A stretch of DNA of 64,000 nucleotides. Source: an uncultured Phycisphaerales bacterium (GTDB lineage: Bacteria; Planctomycetota; Phycisphaerae; Tepidisphaerales; Tepidisphaeraceae). Both the position numbers and the translations under genes were made by a program. Location of the stretch: NCBI GenBank assembly GCA_963844715.1, contig CAWJPJ010000008.1, forward strand, positions 128,001 through 192,000. The letters are read 5' to 3'. Position 1 is the stretch's first letter, and the number at the start of each line of letters is the position of its first letter. Below, piece by piece: positions 54,359 to 64,000 of the stretch. Below the pieces are notes generated by a model. That model worked only from the letters and a program-made list of their open reading frames with translations, was not told the DNA's origin and did not search any database.

Positions 54359-55926
54359 TTAGCCGGCTTGGTGGGCTCGTGCGAGAATAAGCGGCTCCTG
54401 CCCAGGATTCCGCTTAAAACTCGCCAGCGGCGTCTTATCCAACGTCAGCCGATTCGCCGCCAGCCAATCCGAAAAACCCGAATCGTCCGCATCAAAAAGA
54501 ATCAGCGGCGGCGACGTCGAAAAATTCCCCGGCATCGGATCAATAATCTCCAGAATCGGCCGCCGACTCAAAAACGTCAGCACCCGCCCGCGCCGAGTCC
54601 GGCAGACCACGACATCGTTCGGCCCGGCGAGCGCGACGATATCTTTTGCCATTTGCGGATATCCAAAATAATCTCCCCCCGCGTAGTAAGCATAAAACGG
54701 CCGCAGATGCTGCCGCAGCATGATGTTCCCCAGTTGCAGCGTGTTCCCAAGCAAACCCGTCGCTAGGAGAATCGCAAAAACCCAATTCCCGATCGGCAGC
54801 GGCAGCCGCCGATTCAGCCACACAAGAAATCTCCACCATCCCAAAACCAGCAGCGGCGAGATCTGAAGCATGTACCGATCATGCGAGACGATGAGAATGA
54901 GCGTCGCGATCGTCACGGTAATCCACCACCCCCACAGCGCCCGCACGCGAAACAGAGCCAGCCCCGCCGCCAGCGCCATGATTCCCAGCACCGCATTGAC
55001 CCCCCAGAATCCCCACGGCATGCCAAACGCCGCGCGAGCCGCCGTCACTCCCAGCAAATCTCGCAAATTCGCGACCGCGTCCACCGTGATTCGATGACTG
55101 AAATTCCGCGTGAAATCGATCAGAAGCGTATGCTCATAGCTCGACGACGCCGAGCCGGACAAAGCGTGGCGGGGATCGAGCAGCACAAAAAGCAACCCAA
55201 GCCCAGCCGCCAAACCGATGGCCCACAGCGCCGCGGCCCGATGCGCCCGCTCGCGCACCGCCGTCCAAACCAGCACGCCCATCCAAACCGCCAGCAATCC
55301 GATCATGTTCGGCCGCATGGCAATCGCCACGATCAACCCGACCAGCAAAAGCCCCCAGTCGTACCACCGCCCGCGCCGATCCGGCTTCCCAAAGATCGCC
55401 TCATGCCCCGCCAGGAATGCCATGACTCCCAGAAGAAACGGAATGTCGGTGAGAATCGTGTAGCAATACCGGTAAAGTTCATGAACTCCCGCCAGCCCCA
55501 GCGCCACGACATGCGCCGTCGTCCGGTCGAACGCCAACCGCACCATCCGAAACGTCGCTCCGATCAGGAGCAGCCCCGCCACAAGAATCAGAAAATCCGC
55601 CGCGGCAATGACCTTCGCGTCCGACCCCAAGATTCTGTAAAGCCCCGCCAATACATACGGCAGCCCCGGATACACCATGTCGTGCGGCGCGCCGTTGTAC
55701 GTGTATCCCTTCCCCGTCGCGATATTCCGGCCCAACGACAGATACAGCGCGCTGTCCGGCGTCATCTGCCACTGCCCGTTGTAAGCCGCGAAATAGCTCA
55801 GCAGCACCAGCGCCCAAAGCGCCCGCCAATGCGCAAAATCCAATCGGCTACCACCCCCGACCAGCGCCGGCCCACGCCGCTGATCGAAATGCTTTCCCCG
55901 GGAACCGCGTCGTGTGCAAGGGTCAT
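54359..55926 (-). CDS. GT-C-type (ArnT/PMT-like) membrane glycosyltransferase; 5' end uncertain
   Basis: TPDSALYLSLGRNIATGKGY, YPGLPYVLA, ILTDIPF, DRYMLQISP, about 10 TM helices. Confidence 0.72.
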
Positions 55927-56190
55927 GGCGTGAGCCATCGAGTATACCGCGATCGCGCAAACCGGCCACACCCACGATCCGCGCTCCCGCCCTTTCGTCT
56001 TCAACGCAAACAATACCGCGCCGTTTCTGCAATCGTTATTGTCCAGATCGTAAAAAAGTCACGAACTTGCGGATTCTCAATTTGCGACATTTGCGGCCAA
56101 AAATGCGAAAAATATGGCCTTTCTGCCTTTCATTCGAGGCCACGCATGTTAAAATAAACGCCCGATAAGTCAGGGTGGAGGAGAGTGAGC

Positions 56191-57735
56191 ATGCGAGTTG
56201 TTCGGATCGCAACAGGCGCGGCGGGCCTGTCGATGTTCGCAATCGGATCTGCCTGGGCGCAAACCCAATTCAACGTCATCCTGAATCAAAACCAGACCGT
56301 CGGTGGAAGCACCATCGATCTCACCCAGGGCCTCGATCTCCAAACCGTCGCCGGTGCCGGCAGCCAGGTCGGCGTCCTCGGCTCAGACAACGAGGGAAAT
56401 CAACTCGTTCTCTATTACAACGGTACCTCCTGGTCCACCGTCATGGCCGCCGGAGATACCGCCGCCAACGACACCAGCACCGTCGATCAATTCGCCAATC
56501 TCGCCATTAGTGGCAACGCCGCCGACGGCTCCGGCACCCGCCTGACCTTTATCGGAATGAACAACGACAACAGCGACGCCGGCGTTTTTCAATATGACGT
56601 CGGCGGCGCAGGCGTTCAGGAAGTCGCCTTCGATGGAGAGAACGGCCTCACCATCCCAGAATCCTACGGAACCGCCGAAGGCTTCATGCCGCTGGCCGTC
56701 GATCAAGAGGGCAACGTCGCATTCGAGCCATACAACTCCAGCGGCAATCTGCTCGTGATGGTCGGCAACAGCACCAGCTCGCCCGTCCGAACCACCGAGT
56801 TCACTTCCGATCCCACCTCCGACGGCTCCGCGGGCTCCAAGGCCCTCTTCCAAGCCGATCCCCTCGGCATCTCGACCGACGCAACCGGCGCGACCACCTT
56901 CGGCGTCGTCTCCACTCCCGCAAATAACGCCGTCTCGCAAGCCGTCGTCACTTTCTCCGGCGGCGTCGCCACCAACATCTCCGGCACTTTCGCCAACGGC
57001 GTCCTCCTCATGGCCGCCCAGCAAAATCTCGCCGCCAGCGTCAACGCCGCGCTCTTCGAGGCCAACACAAGTCCAACCGCCTCCGAAATTGTTCTCAACA
57101 GCAACGGCGTCAATCACGTCATGCAGACCCTCGACAGCAACCCCACCGGCGGACAACTCACCGCCGAAATGACCCCGGGCGGACAACTCGCTTACTTCAT
57201 CCCCACCGCCGGCGGGGGAGCGCTCGAGTATTACAACCTCTCCGCCGGAACCTTCGCTCCCACGCAGGTCGCCACCCTTGGCACCTCCGTTGCCGATCCA
57301 TTCGCCGGCGGAGATTATGTCATCAAGGGTCTGCCGACTCTCCTCCAGTCCCCCATGATCAATCAAAGCGGCCTGATCGTCTTCGACGCCGAAATCGGAT
57401 TGGCCGGCAACAACGATTCCGCTTTCCAGGCAATGCTCGACTGGACCGGCTCGGGAAGCCCGACCGTCCTCCTCTACGCCGGCGAAACCATCGCCGGGTA
57501 TGGGCCGATCGATCCGGACGGGATCTACGTCAACGGCCTGACCAATCAGGACGACGTCTTCAAGGATTCCCTGAACGACCAGGGATATCTAAACGTGATG
57601 GCCTCTATCGGCGACGGAACGTCGATCGCGGTTCTCCAGACGGACCTCTCGGCCGTCCCCGAACCCACGGCGTTGGCAATGCTGCCCATCGGCGGAGCCG
57701 TCCTGCTCCGCCGACGCCGTCACGCCCGAATCTGA
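56191..57735 (+). CDS. PEP-CTERM exported protein
   Basis: Signal peptide; Thr/Ser/Gly/Asn-rich, nearly Lys-free body; C-terminal VPEPTALAMLPIGGAVLLRRRR. Confidence 0.92.
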   Translation: MRVVRIATGAAGLSMFAIGSAWAQTQFNVILNQNQTVGGSTIDLTQGLDLQTVAGAGSQVGVLGSDNEGNQLVLYYNGTSWSTVMAAGDTAANDTSTVDQFANLAISGNAADGSGTRLTFIGMNNDNSDAGVFQYDVGGAGVQEVAFDGENGLTIPESYGTAEGFMPLAVDQEGNVAFEPYNSSGNLLVMVGNSTSSPVRTTEFTSDPTSDGSAGSKALFQADPLGISTDATGATTFGVVSTPANNAVSQAVVTFSGGVATNISGTFANGVLLMAAQQNLAASVNAALFEANTSPTASEIVLNSNGVNHVMQTLDSNPTGGQLTAEMTPGGQLAYFIPTAGGGALEYYNLSAGTFAPTQVATLGTSVADPFAGGDYVIKGLPTLLQSPMINQSGLIVFDAEIGLAGNNDSAFQAMLDWTGSGSPTVLLYAGETIAGYGPIDPDGIYVNGLTNQDDVFKDSLNDQGYLNVMASIGDGTSIAVLQTDLSAVPEPTALAMLPIGGAVLLRRRRHARI

Positions 57736-57888
57736 TTCCGGTCCAAGACCCGCCCCTCACCAAAAACGGCAGCGGCGGATGTCGATTTGGCATCCAAATG
57801 CGATCTCTCGTCCGATTCCCGGATTTCCCGTTGTTTTTTAAGCGCCTGTAAATACAGTGGTTGATAGCGACCCGGTCGCGGCCGTGCG

Positions 57889-57903
57889 TGGCACGGGCTT
57901 TGC
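57889..57903 (+). promoter_or_regulatory. Sigma-54 (-24/-12) promoter upstream of dnaK
   Basis: TGGCACGGGCTTTGC matches TGGCACG-N4-TTGC; 52 nt before the ATG. Confidence 0.7.
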
Positions 57904-57955
57904 CCTTAGGTGGCCGCTGGTGCGCGCAACAGACGCCCCCGGCAGGAGTATCACT

Positions 57956-59888
57956 ATGGCAAAAATCATTGGAATCGATTTAGGAACGACCAACAGCGTA
58001 GTCGCCGTCATGGAAGGAGATCAGCCCAAGGTGCTGGTCAACGCCCAGGGCAGCCGGCTCACGCCGTCGGTCGTGGCTTTCACCGACAAAGGCGAACGCA
58101 TCGTCGGTCAGAACGCCAAGCATCAGCAGGTTACCAACCCAAAAAATACAATCTTCAGCATCAAGCGTTTCATGGGCCGGCGCCACTCCGAAGTCGCCTC
58201 GGAAGAGAAGATGGTCCCCTACACCATCGTCGGCGCGCCCGACGAACTCGTGCAGGTGGAAATCCGCGGCAAGAAATACACCCCCGAGGCCATCAGCGCC
58301 ATGATCCTGGGCGATCTCAAAAAGACCGCCGAGGATTATCTCGGCGAAAAAGTCACCGAGGCGGTCATCACCGTCCCGGCGTATTTCAACGACGCGCAGC
58401 GCAAGGCCACCAAGGACGCCGGCGAAATCGCCGGCCTTAAGGTCCTCCGCGTGCTGCCCGAGCCCACCGCCGCGGCCCTCGCCTACGGGCTCGATAAAAA
58501 GAAGAATGAAAAAATCTGCGTCTTCGACCTCGGCGGCGGAACGTTCGACGTCTCCGTGCTCGACGTCGGCGACGGCGTCTTCGAAGTCCTCAGCATCAAC
58601 GGCGACACCCACCTCGGCGGCGACGACTTCGACCAGGTCCTCATCAATTATCTGGCCGACGAATTCAAACGCACCGAAGGCATCGATCTGCGCAAAGACC
58701 CGATGGCCCTCCAGCGCCTGAAGGAAGCCGCCGAAAAGGCCAAGATCGAACTCTCCAGCGCGATGGAGACCACCGTCAATCTGCCCTTCATCACCGCCGA
58801 TCAGAACGGTCCCAAGCATCTCCAGATCACCATCACGCGAAGCAAGCTGGAGCAGCTCATCGGTCCGCTCGTCGAGCGATGCCGCAAGCCGGTCATCGAC
58901 GCCCTGGCCGACGCCAAGCTCACCCCCGAGCAAATCGACGAGGTCGTTCTCGTCGGCGGATCGACGCGCGTCCCGATGGTTCAGCGCCTCGTCAAGGAAC
59001 TCTTCAATGGCAAGGAACCCAACAGGAGCGTCAACCCCGACGAAGTGGTCGCCATCGGCGCGGCCATCCAGGGCGGTATCGCCACCGGCGAGGTCAAGGA
59101 CATCCTCGTCCTCGACGCCACGCCCCTTTCACTCGGCGTGGAAACCCTCGGCGGCGTGATGACCGTCCTCATCGCGCGCAACACCACGATTCCCACCAGC
59201 AAGGCGGAAGTCTTCTCGACGGCTTCGGACAATCAGGGCGCGGTCACCATCAACGTCCTCCAGGGCGAACGAGAATTCGCCCGCGACAACCGCCTGCTCG
59301 GCACCTTCAATCTCGAGGGTATCCCCCCCGCGCCGCGGCATCCCGCAGATCGAGGTTACCTTCAACATCGACGTCAACGGAATCCTCAGCGTCTCCGCCA
59401 AGGACAAGGCGACCTCCAAGGAAAACAAGATCACCGTCCAAAACGCCGGCGGTCTCTCCAAGGAAGAGATCGAAAAGATGAAGCGCGACGCCGAGGCTCA
59501 CGCCGCCGAGGACAAAAAGCGCCGCGAGACCATCGACCTGAAGAACCGCGCCGAATCGTTCGCCTACGAGATCGAAAAATCTCTCCGCGACTACGGCGAC
59601 AAGGTCTCCCCCGACGTCCGCGGCGAAATCGAAAATGCGCTCAACAGCCTGAAAGACGCCATCAAGAGCGACGACGGCGAGCGAATCAAGAAAGCCTTCG
59701 AAACCCTCCAACGTTCCAGCCAAAAACTGGGCGAAGAGGTCTACAAGGCCACCGCCGCCAAACCCGGCGCCGCCCCCGGCCCAGGCGAGGGCCCCCAACC
59801 CAGCCCCGAAGCCAGCACCGACCGCGGCACCACAGGCCCGAAAAAAGACGAAGACGTCATCGACGCCGAATACGAGGTGAAGGAGTAA
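57956..59888 (+). CDS. dnaK: Chaperone DnaK; frameshift near 59340
   Basis: [31 protein letters not shown]-terminal [17 protein letters not shown]. Confidence 0.98.
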
Positions 59889-59912
59889 CGCTTCTTCCTT
59901 TCAACGTAAGTT

Positions 59913-59947
59913 AAACGGCCGGTCCAAATAGACCGGCCGTTTTTTTC
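59913..59947 (+). terminator. Intrinsic terminator of dnaK
   Basis: aaacggccggtc-caaata-gaccggccgttt followed by a T run. Confidence 0.88.
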
Positions 59948-59950
59948 TTA

Positions 59951-60066
59951 TCCCCTCTCCCCATGCCTCCGCTAGTTTCCGCAGGATGGGCCAGGGTGAG
60001 GGGCATCTTTCGTGGTTCGAGCGTCGCCCCTCACCCAACCTCTCCCCGGAGTACCAGGGAGAGGCG
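59951..60066. repeat. REP-like element with inserted core
   Basis: cccctctccc...gggtgagggg...cccctcaccc...cctctcccc...gggagagg. Confidence 0.75.
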
Positions 60067-60134
60067 AAAGACTTCAACCGCCGCACAATCGACCGGCTGG
60101 CTTTGCGCGCCAGCGCGCTCTATTCTTTTCCCCC

Positions 60135-60638
60135 ATGCTCGATAAGACCTTTACAAAGTGGTGGTTCTCCCGGGTCATACCCTTCAGGGACGTCCCCCCC
60201 GAAAAATTAGCCGCCGAACGCGAAGCCGTTCAGAAGCTCGGGGATTACAACAACAATTACGTCGAGTTTCTCAATCGCGCCGTCTTCCCCGCCGTCGACG
60301 AACTCGTCGGCTTGCTCGCCAAGCAAGGCATCACCCATCGCGTCAGCACCTGGGGCAATCAGCTCTCTCTTCGCATTCACCTCGCCTGGCGGTGGGGCGA
60401 GCTGGTCATCATGCAAAGCCACGAGGATTGCGTCACCTTCGAGCACCACATCATCACCGAGGGCGAAAAGCGCGGCGACGACAGCACCGAGGACCACACC
60501 CACCAATACGATCTCCGCGACCCCCTCCCCGATCCCGTGGCCGTCTCCGAACTCCAATTCTTCCTAAGCCGCGTCGCCCAGGACCTGGTAGAACCCGAGC
60601 CCGACCCCGAACTCCCCCCCGGCGACGAACCCAAATAA
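60135..60638 (+). CDS. Hypothetical protein
   Basis: 167-aa ORF with strong GC3 bias; acidic and His-rich; TATTCT 8 nt upstream. Confidence 0.7.
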   Translation: MLDKTFTKWWFSRVIPFRDVPPEKLAAEREAVQKLGDYNNNYVEFLNRAVFPAVDELVGLLAKQGITHRVSTWGNQLSLRIHLAWRWGELVIMQSHEDCVTFEHHIITEGEKRGDDSTEDHTHQYDLRDPLPDPVAVSELQFFLSRVAQDLVEPEPDPELPPGDEPK

Positions 60639-60731
60639 TACGGATTCCCGTCAAAATCCGCGCGCACTCTTGCCCCATCCCGCGAAGCCGGTGGTGCTTG
60701 CACCACCGGATAACAGGTATAATCAGGACTT

Positions 60732-61100
60732 ATGCCCACCAAACCCTCCGGAACCCAGCGCGCCCCCGAATACGACATCATCGAACCCATCGGCAAACGC
60801 GTCGTCATTCGCAAGGACGACAACAAACGCGAAACCAAAAGCGGCATCGTCCTCCCCGACTCTCACGAAATTCCCGTCATCACCGGCCGTGTCATCGCCA
60901 TCAGCAAAGCCATCGAAAACGACGAGGACATGACCATCCGCCAATACGACAAAGTCCTCTTCGACCCGCGCGAGGCCATCCCCGTCGAGCTGGAACACGA
61001 CAACCGCCTCTTCGTAGTCGGTCTCGACCGAGTGCTGGCGATTTTCCGCAGGTCCGACCCTAAAAAACCCGCCGCGATTAACGGGTGCAGTCGTGAACCG
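60732..61100 (+). CDS. GroES/Cpn10-like co-chaperonin (3' end uncertain, probable indel)
   Basis: IEPIGKRVVIRK, mobile loop ETKSGIVLPD, GRVIAI, DKVLF, RVLAI. Confidence 0.8.
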
Positions 61101-61842
61101 CTGGATCGCCGGCCTGTGCCTCCTGATCGCCTCCGCCCCCGCGTTCGGCGCCGCGGCAACCGAACCCTCGACGGGCCAACTGCCCGATGTAGAAATCGAC
61201 GCCGTCCACAAACAAGTCCGCGTCCAGTGTGAAACCCTAAACGCCCAGATGCCCCTCGAATTCTTCTGCGTCACCGTCGGCGGCCCCGAACACGAATCCG
61301 TCCTCCGCACCGACGCCAAACCCTCCGATGTCCATTTCGGACTTCTAGCGCTAGGTCTCATCCCCGGCGAGCCCGCACGCTACGAGCAAACCACCGACAC
61401 CTGGTTCCCCCCGACCGGCGCGCCCCTGCAAATTTTTTGCCGATTCAAGTTAAACGGGGAGATTCAGACAATCCCGGCCAACCGCCTCGTCCGATCCGTC
61501 AAGACTCACGACGAAATGCCGCTGCAAACCTGGGTCTTCGACGGCTCGCGCATCCTCCCCGACGGTCAATACGCCGCCAATCTCACCGGCTACGTCGTCA
61601 GCATCGTGAACTTCGACATGACCATGATCGACGTCCCCGAACTGGCCAGCAATTCCAACGAAACCCTGGAATGGGAATATAATCCCGCCATCTGCCCCCG
61701 CACCGGGACGAAAGTAACCATGATCATCGAGCCCGCCGAATCCCCCACAACCCGCCCCGGCAAGACGCTGAAGGGTAGTCAGTTCTTCCCGGGGCCGGGA
61801 TTGCATCCGGATTCTGATACGCCCGCGACGCAACCGGGGTAG
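61093..61842 (+). CDS. Exported YdjY-like domain protein
   Basis: Signal peptide; LEFFCV...EHESVL...PSDVHFGLLALGL.PG, WVFDGS. Confidence 0.7.
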   Translation: MNRWIAGLCLLIASAPAFGAAATEPSTGQLPDVEIDAVHKQVRVQCETLNAQMPLEFFCVTVGGPEHESVLRTDAKPSDVHFGLLALGLIPGEPARYEQTTDTWFPPTGAPLQIFCRFKLNGEIQTIPANRLVRSVKTHDEMPLQTWVFDGSRILPDGQYAANLTGYVVSIVNFDMTMIDVPELASNSNETLEWEYNPAICPRTGTKVTMIIEPAESPTTRPGKTLKGSQFFPGPGLHPDSDTPATQPG

Positions 61843-61854
61843 AATGCCCGCCGC

Positions 61855-63168
61855 ATGAGCGACGTCACCATCCAACCGGTCGAGCGGGCCTTCTCCGCCA
61901 GCATCACGCCGCCCGCTTCAAAAAGTCTCAGCAACCGCGCCCTCGTTCTGGCCGCGCTCAGCTCCGGCCAAAGCGTCGTTCGCAATCTCCTCCTCGCCGA
62001 CGACACCCGCGTGATGATCGACGGCCTGCGCAAACTCGGCTTCGATCTCACCCTCCACGAAGAAACTCCCGCCGCCGCAACCATCATCGGCCAGGGCGGA
62101 AAAATCCCCGCCGCATCGGCAGATCTCTTCTGCGGCAACTCCGGAACCACCATCCGATTCCTCTCCGCCGTCTGCGCCCTCGGCAAAGGCGCCTTCAAAC
62201 TCGACGGCGTCGAACGCATGCGCCAGCGCCCCATCGGCGAACTCATGCAGATGCTTCGCGACCTCGGCGTCCGCAGTAAATTCCTCGAACGCGCCGGCTT
62301 CCCCCCCGTTGAAATCGACGCCGACGGTTTGCCCGGCGGCCTCATCCAATTCGGCGCGGCTCAATCCAGCCAGTTCCTTTCCGCCGTATTGATGATCGCC
62401 CCCTTCGTGCGCCACGAACTTAAGGTCGATCTCATCGGCCGCCAGACAAGCTGGCCCTACGTCGCCATGACCATGCAGCTCATGGACGAATTCGGCCTTA
62501 CCCCCGAACTTCTGCGCGACGCCTCCACCGGCCTGCCCAGGCAAATCGTGGTCCCCCAGGGCCAATACGCCGCCACCGAATATCGCGTCGAGCCCGACGC
62601 CTCCAACGCCACCTATTTCATGGCCGCCGCCGCCATGCACGAAGGATCGCAGGTCGTCATCCGAGGCCTCGGCCGCGGCAGCCTCCAGGGCGACGTCGGC
62701 TTCACCGAAGTCCTCAAGCGAATGGGCGCAACCGTCCACATGCAAAGGGACTGCGTCACCATCGCCGGCAGCGGGCTCCTCCGTGGCATCGAGGTCGATC
62801 TCTCCCCCATGCCCGACACCGCCCAAACCCTCGCCGTCACCGCGCTCCTGGCCCAGGGAACCACCACAATCCGCGGACTCCACACCCTCCGCGTTAAGGA
62901 AACCGATCGCCTCGAGGCCATGGCCACCGAACTCAAGCGCCTCGGCGCCCAGGCCGAGATCGAGGGAGACACCCTCCGCATCGACCCCCCCGAGCACATT
63001 TTGCCCGCCGAGGTCCAGACCTACGACGACCATCGCATGGCAATGAGTTTTGCCCTTGCCGCCGCCGCCGCTCCGGGTATCGTCATCAAGGACGCCCAGT
63101 GCGTCCAAAAAACTTATCCGAATTTTTTCGAGGACCTTCAGCAGGTTTTGGGAACGAAGGTCTCGTGA
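61855..63168 (+). CDS. aroA: EPSP synthase
   Basis: SKSLSNRAL, GNSGTTIRF, SSQFLS, LRVKETDR, DDHRMAM. Confidence 0.97.
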   Translation: MSDVTIQPVERAFSASITPPASKSLSNRALVLAALSSGQSVVRNLLLADDTRVMIDGLRKLGFDLTLHEETPAAATIIGQGGKIPAASADLFCGNSGTTIRFLSAVCALGKGAFKLDGVERMRQRPIGELMQMLRDLGVRSKFLERAGFPPVEIDADGLPGGLIQFGAAQSSQFLSAVLMIAPFVRHELKVDLIGRQTSWPYVAMTMQLMDEFGLTPELLRDASTGLPRQIVVPQGQYAATEYRVEPDASNATYFMAAAAMHEGSQVVIRGLGRGSLQGDVGFTEVLKRMGATVHMQRDCVTIAGSGLLRGIEVDLSPMPDTAQTLAVTALLAQGTTTIRGLHTLRVKETDRLEAMATELKRLGAQAEIEGDTLRIDPPEHILPAEVQTYDDHRMAMSFALAAAAAPGIVIKDAQCVQKTYPNFFEDLQQVLGTKVS

Positions 63169-63185
63169 GCGGGGGATAAATCTGA

Positions 63186-64000
63186 ATGTCCGAAGAGCCG
63201 GAACAATTCTCCGCGTTCATCAGCTACGCGTCGGCCGACAAGGTCAAGGCCGACGAAGTCTGCGCCAGCCTCGAAGCGCACGGCTTCCAATGCTGGATCG
63301 CCCCCCGCAACATCCGCGCCGGACACGACTACGCCGACGCGATCATCCACGGCATCCACGCATCCAAATGCCTCATCCTCATCCTCTCCAAAGCCGCCAA
63401 CGAATCCCCCTTCGTCCACCGCGAAGTCGAACGCGCCGTAAGCGCCAACAAAATGGTCTTCCCCATGCGCATCGAGGAAGTTCTCCCCTCCGCCACCCTC
63501 GAACTTTTCGTCTCCTCCGCGCACTGGATCGACGCCTGGAAAGGCAAGCTGGACGATCACATCGCGCACCTCGTCGCGCGATCTCTCCGACGATCAATCC
63601 TCGTATGTGAAAACCCCCGCGCCCCCCGCCCCCGCGCAAAAAAAATCCCCGATGCTTGTCCTGGCGATCGCCCTGGTCGTGATTCTCGCCGCAGCCGGAC
63701 TCATCGGCGCCCGCCTCATGAGCCATTCCCCGCCCCCGCCCGCTCCCATGGTCGCCTCCGTCGCGCAATCCGTCGCCCCCGCGCCGGCCCCGTCTGCCCC
63801 AGCACCGGCAGCGGTAACGCCCGCCCCCGTAATTCCCGTCGTGCAAACCCCAACGCCGGCTCCCGTTGCTCCGATCGCTCCGAGGCCCATTCCGATCGTC
63901 ACACCAATGCCGCCCCCGCCCATCCCCAAACCGCTCGGCTCAATTCAATTAACCCCCTCAGCCACCCCCAACGGCCAGCAGCCCTTAACGGTCTATGAAA
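63186..64000 (+). CDS. TIR-domain protein with TM helix and Pro-rich linker (partial; frameshift near 63578)
   Basis: FISYAS, CWIAPRNI, SPFVHREVERA; the shifted frame gives MLVLAIALVVILAAAGLIG followed by a Pro/Ala-rich stretch. Confidence 0.85.

Noticed and set aside
6871..63600. Mass pseudogenisation or programmed frameshifting (ispF, uvrA, ruvB, mrdA, rodA, sufB, sufS, dnaK and others)
   Set aside because: Breaks hit essential genes, occur mostly in GC-rich or homopolymer runs, and leave both halves undecayed with no internal stops. Long-read indel error is the simpler explanation.

Overview
GC-rich bacterial chromosomal window. It is most consistent with a planctomycete of the Phycisphaerae/Tepidisphaerales type; this is inferred from a PEP-CTERM protein, an mreBCD-mrdA-rodA operon and recurrent ATQP-like motifs in exported proteins. 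Housekeeping genes dominate: deoC end, ispF, cysS, ruvCAB, uvrA, truB, galE, the elongasome operon, a full SUF Fe-S operon, dnaK, a groES-like gene and aroA. No tRNA, rRNA, CRISPR array or transposase was recognised. About 20 genes, including essential ones, are split by apparent 1-nt indels, best explained as long-read assembly errors, so they are called CDS rather than pseudogenes. Most interesting leads: (1) an RsbW-type Ser kinase plus a phospho-acceptor STAS gene lying directly in front of mlaEFD, a possible phosphorylation-gated MCE transporter; (2) an [AST]-T-[QRHE]-P motif seen only in exported proteins, together with GT-C and GT41 protein glycosyltransferases; (3) a probable SufS-SufE(-SufT) fusion and a perfect 25-bp operator-like palindrome inside the suf operon; (4) an orphan ~650-aa protein with degenerate HipA/PI3K-like kinase motifs next to a His-less B12-binding-fold protein and a Ser/Thr phosphatase; (5) a prokaryotic pentameric ligand-gated ion channel and a membrane-anchored TIR protein. 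Several families of small intergenic palindromic repeats are also present. All family assignments come from motif recognition by eye, not database searches.
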